NCBI GenBank assembly: GCA_019233975.1
Contig: JAFALY010000008.1
Coordinates: 7,580-71,579 of the forward strand
Length of the DNA stretch: 64,000 nt
Direction of reading: 5' to 3'
From: Alphaproteobacteria bacterium
GTDB taxonomy: Bacteria; Pseudomonadota; Alphaproteobacteria; UBA9219
Within the stretch, counting starts at the first letter, position 1; the number at the start of each line of letters is the position of its first letter. The notes below the pieces were generated by a model. That model searched no databases, was not told the DNA's origin, and saw nothing but the letters and a program-made list of their open reading frames with translations. Of this stretch, positions 57,367 through 64,000 are shown piece by piece. A program made the translations under genes and the position numbers.

Positions 57367-58569
57367 ATGGCGTCATCATTGGCACTTCTGTTCTTTTTTA
57401 TCTGCGGCTTTGCTGCGGGCGGGGCCGCCGTATGGGTAACGCTCCGCGCACGCCTGAAAGGCGAGGCAGATTGGGCTGACCGGTTCAAGGCCTTGGCTGC
57501 CGATACGCTGCGCGCCAACAATCAGGCCTTCCTCGACCTCGCTGAAACGCGCCTGAAGCAAAGTGAGCAGCAGGCCGCCGCGACGCTCGATAAAAAAAGC
57601 ACAGGGTTTGATGAGATGGTCAAGCCGGTCCGCGAAAGCCTGCAGAAACTCGACACGCAAATTCAGGCATTAGAAGTCAAACGCGAAGGCGCTTACCGCG
57701 AGCTGGCGGAAATGGTGCGCTTGTCGAATGAAGCACAACAGCAATTGCGCGGGGAAACCAGTCAGCTGTTGCAGGCTTTGCGTACGCCGACCACGCGCGG
57801 GCGGTGGGGTGAAATCCAGTTGCGCCGCATTCTGGAAATGACGGGCATGTCGGCGCATACGCGCGACTTTTCCCTGCAACAGAGTATCGCCGCTAATGAC
57901 GGCACGCTTCGCCCCGACGCCATCGTCAACCTGCCGGGTGAGCGTTGCATCGTGATCGACAGCAAGGTGCCGCTGGCGGATTATCTGAATGCGACGCAGG
58001 CGACCGAGGACACGGCGCGTCAAACCTTCTTGCGTCAACATGCGCGCCATGTCCGTGAGCATGTAAAGGATTTGTCATCCAAAGCGTACTGGTCACAGAT
58101 CGAAGGCACACCCGAATTCGTCGTCCTGTTTTTGCCGGGTGACCATTTTCTGGCGGCGGCGCTGGATCAGGATGCCGACCTGATGGATTTTTCCGTGACG
58201 CAGAAAATTATTCTGGCGACACCGATGACGTTGGTCGCCTTGCTACGTACCGTTGCCTATGGCTGGCGTCAGGAAGCATTGCGTGACAATGCGCGGCGCG
58301 TCGGCGCATTGGGTGGGGAGCTGTACGCCGCGCTTGTGACCCTTACGGACCATATCGGCGGGCTGGGCAACAAATTGGGTGGTGCGCTCGATAGTTACAA
58401 CAAGCTTATCGGCAGCTATGAACGTAACGTTTTATCCAAAGCGCGGAAACTCAAGGAATTTGGCGCGGCCAAAGATGGTAAAGAATTACCGAACGGTCTG
58501 GACGTCCTCGACACACAGCCGCGCAGCCTTAATATTGCCGACATTGGCGGGCAGGATGATGCGGCCTGA
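57367..58569 (+). CDS. rmuC: DNA recombination protein RmuC
   Basis: RGRWGEIQL, RPDAIVNLP, IDSKVP and KAYW..PEFVVLFLP. Confidence 0.92.
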   Translation: MASSLALLFFFICGFAAGGAAVWVTLRARLKGEADWADRFKALAADTLRANNQAFLDLAETRLKQSEQQAAATLDKKSTGFDEMVKPVRESLQKLDTQIQALEVKREGAYRELAEMVRLSNEAQQQLRGETSQLLQALRTPTTRGRWGEIQLRRILEMTGMSAHTRDFSLQQSIAANDGTLRPDAIVNLPGERCIVIDSKVPLADYLNATQATEDTARQTFLRQHARHVREHVKDLSSKAYWSQIEGTPEFVVLFLPGDHFLAAALDQDADLMDFSVTQKIILATPMTLVALLRTVAYGWRQEALRDNARRVGALGGELYAALVTLTDHIGGLGNKLGGALDSYNKLIGSYERNVLSKARKLKEFGAAKDGKELPNGLDVLDTQPRSLNIADIGGQDDAA

Positions 58570-58586
58570 TCAGGAAAGGACGCAGG

Positions 58587-59075
58587 ATGAACAGACGCAG
58601 TTTTCTAAGACAGACTTTCCTGTTTGGTGTTGCAACTGCCATGACGTTGCAGAGCGCAGTGGCATGGGCCGTTGAGGCGATCACAAAAATCACACATACG
58701 GAAGAGGAATGGGAGAAAATGCTCGACAAACCGGCTTTCGAAGTGTTGCGCCACGAGGCAACCGAACATCCCTTTACCAGCCCGCTATTGGGCGAACACC
58801 GCAAGGGAACATTCATCTGCGCCGGGTGTGACCTGCCGCTGTTCCAGTCAGACAAGAAGTTTGAAAGCGGGACCGGCTGGCCCAGTTTCTTTGATGCCAT
58901 CGCGGGCCATCTGGAAACCAAGGTGGATTACAAAATTGGTTTGCCGCGTACGGAATATCACTGCGCGCGCTGCGGCGGGCATCAGGGGCATGTGTTTAAT
59001 GATGGCCCCGCGCCAACCGGTTTGCGTTATTGCAACAACGGCGTTGCCCTGAAATTCGTGCCGCAGGAGGGCTAA
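58587..59075 (+). CDS. msrB: Peptide-methionine (R)-S-oxide reductase, Tat-exported
   Basis: Tat motif NRRSFL; KFESGTGWPSF, GHVFNDGP and RYCNN; two CxxC motifs. Confidence 0.92.
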   Translation: MNRRSFLRQTFLFGVATAMTLQSAVAWAVEAITKITHTEEEWEKMLDKPAFEVLRHEATEHPFTSPLLGEHRKGTFICAGCDLPLFQSDKKFESGTGWPSFFDAIAGHLETKVDYKIGLPRTEYHCARCGGHQGHVFNDGPAPTGLRYCNNGVALKFVPQEG

Positions 59076-59076
59076 A

Positions 59077-59745
59077 ATGAACGATATCAAAAAAACACTG
59101 ATGGCAGCGCTGTTTGGCAGTGTGGTTTGTTCATCCTCCGCTCATGCCGTAACATTACCGCCACCGGCTTATGACGAAACGCCCGCCAAGGCGGGGCAGC
59201 CCGTCGCGCCGCAAACCATCGTGGTGGCCGGTGGATGTTTCTGGGGCATTCAGGCGGTATTCCAGCATATGAAAGGCGTAACCAAAGCCATCTCTGGTTA
59301 TGCGGGCGGTAAGGCCGATGAGGCGCATTATAATATTGTTGGCAGCGGCGCAACCGGGCATGCGGAATCCGTACAGGTTACCTATGACCCCAGCCAGACA
59401 TCGTTGGGTAAAATACTGATGGTTTATTTTGCCGTTGCACATGACCCGACGGAATTGAACCGTCAGGGCCCCGACCATGGTACGCAGTATCGTTCGACGA
59501 TATTTTATGCGTCGCCGGAGCAAAAGAAGATCGCCGCCGACTATATCGCGCAACTGGATGAAGGTAAGCATTTCAGCGTGCCGATTGTGACGACGCTGGA
59601 GCCGCTCCAGACCTTTTATCCCGCCGAGGATTATCATCAGGATTACGCGCGTCTGCACCCGGATAGTCCCTATATCATTGTAAATGATGCGCCAAAGGTA
59701 AGGGCCTTTGCCTCAACCTATCCGGATCTATATACTCAACCCTAA
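59077..59745 (+). CDS. msrA: Peptide-methionine (S)-S-oxide reductase, exported
   Basis: Signal peptide; GGCFWG, GHAE and AEDYHQ. Confidence 0.93.
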   Translation: MNDIKKTLMAALFGSVVCSSSAHAVTLPPPAYDETPAKAGQPVAPQTIVVAGGCFWGIQAVFQHMKGVTKAISGYAGGKADEAHYNIVGSGATGHAESVQVTYDPSQTSLGKILMVYFAVAHDPTELNRQGPDHGTQYRSTIFYASPEQKKIAADYIAQLDEGKHFSVPIVTTLEPLQTFYPAEDYHQDYARLHPDSPYIIVNDAPKVRAFASTYPDLYTQP

Positions 59746-59773
59746 ATCCTGATCAGGTTCGCACGGGGGTCTT

Positions 59774-61480
59774 ATGAATTGGCTCGATATTGCCCAGTCC
59801 ATGCTCGAAGGGCTGGCGCTCATTCTCTCTCCCTGCATTCTGCCAGTGCTGCCACTGGTGCTGTCGGCCACGGTCGATGGCGGTAAAAGCCGTCCCTTCG
59901 GCATCATGGTCGGGTTCATTTTTGCCTTTAGCGCTTTTGTCCTTTTGTCACGGCAACTGGTTACCGCCCTGCATATCAGTCCGGATGTGATCCGCTACGC
60001 CTCGATGGTGTTGCTGGGCTTTATGGGGTTTGTGCTGCTCTCTCACAAACTATCGAACTGGTTCAGCACCGTTACGCAGGGGGCGGCTAATCTTGCCAAT
60101 CAAGTTGGCACTGGCGGCGGGCAACAAGGCTTTATCGGCGGGCTCGGCATCGGCGCGTTGATCGGCTTTGTCTGGACGCCCTGCGCGGGTCCGATATTGG
60201 CCGCCGTTCTGGTGCAGGTCATCCGCCAGCAAACCGACTTGCAGGGCGTGTTGGTCACTGTTGCCTTCGCGCTCGGTGCCAGCATACCGATGCTGGTCAT
60301 TACGCTGATGGGGCGCCGGGTGATGGGCAAGCTGTCTTTCTTCACCACACACGCAGAAACAGTGCGCAAACTATTTGGCGTGTTGATCTTGCTGTCGGTC
60401 GGTTATCTGGCGTTTGGCGAACAGGTGGTCGGTATCCTGCTGCGCAACGCCGTGCCTGTTTCGGTTGAACAGGGCAAACCTGCCGAGGATGCGGGCGCGC
60501 CAATCAGCACAGCGCAGGCCCCCACAAGTTTGCAGAACGCATTGGACAAACCCTATCCCGCCCCTGACTTTAAGGGGTTGGATGGCTGGCTGAACAGCGA
60601 TGCGCTGACCATGCAGGATTTGCGCGGCAAGGTCGTGCTGGTTGATTTTTGGACTTACTCCTGCATCAACTGCATCCGCACACTGCCCTATATCACCGCG
60701 TGGGACAGGCTGTACCGTGGCAAAGGGCTGGTCATCATCGGCGTGCATGCGCCGGAATTTGAATTTGAAAAGAACGTCGACAACATCAAGGAGGCGTTGA
60801 CAAAGTACGGCATTCGCTATCCGGTGGCACTGGATAACAATCTGGCGACATGGGGCGCTTATAATAACCGCTTCTGGCCCGCACATTATCTGATCGACCG
60901 CAACGGTCAGGTCGTTTACACGCATTTTGGCGAAGGCCATTATGATGTAACGGAACGGAATATACGCTATCTGCTGAATGTAGGCCAAAGCGAACCAACC
61001 AGTCTTGTGATGACCGAAGACTCGCCGCGTGGCGAGAACCAGACGCCTGAGACTTATTTTGGCAGTGCCCGCGCCGAACGGTTTGTCAGCACGCGACAGC
61101 TTGAGCAGGGCAGTATCATGCGCTTCAAGCCTGCTACCGACCTGCCGGTGCATCACTGGACATTAGGCGGCAAATGGAAGGTGGAGGCGCAGAACCTGAC
61201 CTCAGCAGCACCCCATGCGCTGCTCAAGCTGCATTTCCATGCCAAGAAGGTTTTCGCCGTCATGGGCAATCTGGGCAACAAGCCCGTCGAGGCGCAGATC
61301 AGCCTGAATGATTGGCCGCTCAGCAGTCTGGCCGGCAAAGATGTGAAAGATGACAAGGTAACGGTCGACAGCCACGCTTTGTATGAACTGGTTAATTCCC
61401 CGTCATCAACCGATGGTGTGGTGACGATAGACGCGGCAACGCCGGGGTTGCAGATTTACACCTTTACCTTTGGGAATTAA
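59774..61480 (+). CDS. dipZ: DipZ-like CcdA-thioredoxin fusion
   Basis: SPCILPVLP and WTPCAGP (CcdA); DFWTYSCINC and HAPEF (redoxin); C-terminal TPETY...FTFG. Confidence 0.88.
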   Translation: MNWLDIAQSMLEGLALILSPCILPVLPLVLSATVDGGKSRPFGIMVGFIFAFSAFVLLSRQLVTALHISPDVIRYASMVLLGFMGFVLLSHKLSNWFSTVTQGAANLANQVGTGGGQQGFIGGLGIGALIGFVWTPCAGPILAAVLVQVIRQQTDLQGVLVTVAFALGASIPMLVITLMGRRVMGKLSFFTTHAETVRKLFGVLILLSVGYLAFGEQVVGILLRNAVPVSVEQGKPAEDAGAPISTAQAPTSLQNALDKPYPAPDFKGLDGWLNSDALTMQDLRGKVVLVDFWTYSCINCIRTLPYITAWDRLYRGKGLVIIGVHAPEFEFEKNVDNIKEALTKYGIRYPVALDNNLATWGAYNNRFWPAHYLIDRNGQVVYTHFGEGHYDVTERNIRYLLNVGQSEPTSLVMTEDSPRGENQTPETYFGSARAERFVSTRQLEQGSIMRFKPATDLPVHHWTLGGKWKVEAQNLTSAAPHALLKLHFHAKKVFAVMGNLGNKPVEAQISLNDWPLSSLAGKDVKDDKVTVDSHALYELVNSPSSTDGVVTIDAATPGLQIYTFTFGN

Positions 61481-61622
61481 GGGGTTGTCACGGTTTTGCA
61501 AAGCAATATAAGATTTGCTTAACAAATTGGACGTAAAGCCTATGATCGCCAACCGGTGCGTATCAGGCTGTCTGAGTAGCACAATAAAGATAACTTGAGG
61601 GGCGGATGCAGGTGCGTCTGCA

Positions 61623-64000
61623 ATGAACATGGGTAGCGAACAATCATCATTCCTTTACAGCGCCAACGCCGATTTTATCGCCGAACTTTACAAGCGTTAC
61701 ACTGAAAGCCCTGCAGCGGTCGATGTCAGCTGGCGCAATTTCTTCCAGAGTTTGGGGGATGATGTGCGTGACATGCTGGCCGAAATGGGCGGCGCCAGCT
61801 GGGCGCCAGAACGGCAGGACCGCGTTATCTCTAACCAGAATGAACCGGCGAAGGCCGAAGCCAAGGGTAAGCTCGAAGTTCTGCCGACTGACCGCGCGGC
61901 GGTCGACAGCTATCGCATTCAGATGATGATTACCGCTTATCGTCGTCGCGGTCATTATCATGCGAAACTTGATCCGCTGGGGCTGGCTTCCTACGCGCCT
62001 GCCGCCAAGTTGGGCATTGAGGATTTCGGCTTTGCCGAGGCCGATCTCGACCGCCCGATTTTCGTTGACGGAGCCTTCGGTCTGCAAACTGCCACGCTGC
62101 GCGAAATTGTCGACCGTCTGCGCGCAACCTACTGCGGCTCAATCGGCATCGAGTACATGCACATTCTGGATATGGATCAGCATGCCTGGATCCGCGACCG
62201 GATGGAACAATGGGGCGGCCGCACGAATTACAGCACCGCCATGAAGCGCGAGATTCTGCAACGCCTGACCGCGGCGGATTCCTTCGAACGTTTTCTGGCA
62301 ACCAAGTTTGTCGGCGTGAAGCGTTTCGGTCTGGAAGGCGGCGAAGCCATGATCCCCGCGCTGGAAATGGCCATAACAACCGGTGCCAAACGTGGCCTGC
62401 GCGAAGTGGTCGTTGGCATGGCGCATCGCGGTCGTTTGAATATGCTGACCAACGTTCTGGGTAAATCCTTTACGGCGCTGTTTTCTGAATTTCAGGGCAT
62501 GGCCGCCTATCCGGATAGTGTGCAGGGTTCTGGCGACGTGAAATATCATCTTGGCACTTCGATCGACCGCGATTTTGACGGTCAGAATGTCCATTTGACC
62601 ATGAACCCGAACCCCTCGCATCTGGAGTGGGTCAACCCGGTGGTCACCGGGCGTGTGCGCGCGAAGCAGCAACAGCGTTCAGGCCATAACAAGCTGACCA
62701 ACGAAGCCGGTGCGCAGGTCATGGCGTTGTTGATCCATGGCGACGCGGCTTTTGCCGGTCAGGGCATTGTGGGTGAAACCATGCTGCTGTCCGAACTGAA
62801 AGGTTACCGCACGGCGGGCACGTTGCACTACATCATCAACAATCAGGTCGGCTTTACGACCAGTCCGCAATTCTCGCGCTCCGGTGTTTACAGCTGCGAT
62901 TCGGCCAAGGTTTTGCAGGCCCCTATTTTCCACGTAAACGGCGATGATGTGGAAGCGGTCGTTTTCGTCACACAGATGGCGATCGAATTCCGTCAGGCTT
63001 TCCAGAAGGACGCGTTTATCGACATGGTGTGCTATCGCCGCCATGGGCACAACGAAGGCGACGAACCTGCCTTCACGCAACCCATTATGTACCGCGTTAT
63101 CAAGGATCATCCGACCACGCGCGATATCTATGCGCGCAAGCTGGTGGCCGAGGGTTCCCTGCCGCAGGCGGAAGTCGATAAGATTGCAGCTGATTACTGG
63201 GCTGGCCTTGAAGGCAATTTCAAAGCCGCGACGGATTACAAGCCGCAAAAAGCTGATTGGCTGGAAGGTAAATGGCAAGGGCTCGAAGTCGCGCCGCATG
63301 AACTGCAGGATGTCGATACGGGCGTTGACCTTGCCAAGCTGCGTGGCATCGGCGAGGCGCTGTCGCGCGTGCCGGAAAGCTTTAACGTCAACCCGAAGAT
63401 CGCCAAGCAGATGGAAGCCAAGCGGGATATGATGACCAGTGGTCAGGGCATCGACTGGGCGACGGCGGAAGCGCTGGCGTTCGGCAGCTTGTTGACCGAA
63501 GGACACCCGGTGCGTTTGTCGGGGCAAGACTGCGGTCGTGGCACGTTCTCGCAACGCCACTCCGTCCTGCATGATCAACAGACGGACGCACGGTACGTGC
63601 CGTTGAATAACATCCCCGACACCAAAACCTATTATGACGTGCATGACAGCCCGTTGTCCGAAGCCGCCGTGATGGGCTTTGACTATGGGTTCTCTCTGGC
63701 GGAACCGAACGCGCTGGTCTGCTGGGAAGGCCAGTTTGGCGACTTCGCCAATACGGCACAGGTCATCATCGACCAGTTCATTACCTCGTCTGAATCTAAA
63801 TGGCTGCGCATGTCGGGCATCACGCTGTTGCTGCCGCATGGGTACGAAGGGCAGGGGCCGGAACATTCATCCGCCCGTCTTGAACGCTATCTGCAGATGT
63901 GCGCCGAAGACAATATTCAGGTGGCGAACTGCTCGACGCCTGCCAATTACTTCCACATTCTGCGTCGCCAGGTGCGCCGTAACTTCCGCAAGCCGCTGGT
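61623..64000 (+). CDS. sucA: 2-oxoglutarate dehydrogenase E1 (partial; runs off the window and is absent from the ORF track)
   Basis: Manual translation gives MNMGSEQSSFLYSANADFIAELY...; then KRFGLEG, GMAHRGRLN, GDVKYHLG, HGDAAFAGQG and GYEGQGPEHSS. Confidence 0.95.
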   Translation, partial: MNMGSEQSSFLYSANADFIAELYKRYTESPAAVDVSWRNFFQSLGDDVRDMLAEMGGASWAPERQDRVISNQNEPAKAEAKGKLEVLPTDRAAVDSYRIQMMITAYRRRGHYHAKLDPLGLASYAPAAKLGIEDFGFAEADLDRPIFVDGAFGLQTATLREIVDRLRATYCGSIGIEYMHILDMDQHAWIRDRMEQWGGRTNYSTAMKREILQRLTAADSFERFLATKFVGVKRFGLEGGEAMIPALEMAITTGAKRGLREVVVGMAHRGRLNMLTNVLGKSFTALFSEFQGMAAYPDSVQGSGDVKYHLGTSIDRDFDGQNVHLTMNPNPSHLEWVNPVVTGRVRAKQQQRSGHNKLTNEAGAQVMALLIHGDAAFAGQGIVGETMLLSELKGYRTAGTLHYIINNQVGFTTSPQFSRSGVYSCDSAKVLQAPIFHVNGDDVEAVVFVTQMAIEFRQAFQKDAFIDMVCYRRHGHNEGDEPAFTQPIMYRVIKDHPTTRDIYARKLVAEGSLPQAEVDKIAADYWAGLEGNFKAATDYKPQKADWLEGKWQGLEVAPHELQDVDTGVDLAKLRGIGEALSRVPESFNVNPKIAKQMEAKRDMMTSGQGIDWATAEALAFGSLLTEGHPVRLSGQDCGRGTFSQRHSVLHDQQTDARYVPLNNIPDTKTYYDVHDSPLSEAAVMGFDYGFSLAEPNALVCWEGQFGDFANTAQVIIDQFITSSESKWLRMSGITLLLPHGYEGQGPEHSSARLERYLQMCAEDNIQVANCSTPANYFHILRRQVRRNFRKPL

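Noticed and set aside
1-64000. CRISPR arrays, IS elements, rRNA genes, reverse transcriptases
   Set aside because: No repeat-spacer periodicity, transposase or RT motifs, or rRNA-like sequence was seen by eye.

Overview
Chromosomal window from a GC-rich alphaproteobacterium, inferred from gene families, gene order and promoter motifs. It is mostly housekeeping genes: lysS, a beta-oxidation operon, lolA, purA, polA, rho, queH/queA/tgt, rpsF-rpsR-rplI, tRNA-Phe(GAA), pdxJ, purC/purS, rmuC, msrB-msrA-dipZ and a partial sucA. Accessory content is as follows. (1) A chromosomal R64/TCP-like type IVb pilus operon (secretin, PilO, PilP, ATPase, platform) ends in three tandem pilins with type IVa-style G|F cleavage sites, and a CtrA-like box precedes the last pilin. 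(2) An AT-rich islet holds an XRE regulator, an orphan EgtD-like methyltransferase and divergent small ORFs, one of them ORF6C-like. (3) A sigma54-driven flgE-flgK-flgL unit is followed by an apparently inactive methyltransferase, a GT-A glycosyltransferase and a divergent SAMHD1-like HD protein. (4) An orphan HNH-motif protein lacking the zinc cysteines has its ribosome-binding site locked in a strong hairpin within a structured 230-nt leader. No CRISPR array, IS element, integrase or rRNA gene was seen. All calls come from motif recognition by eye; no database searches were run.
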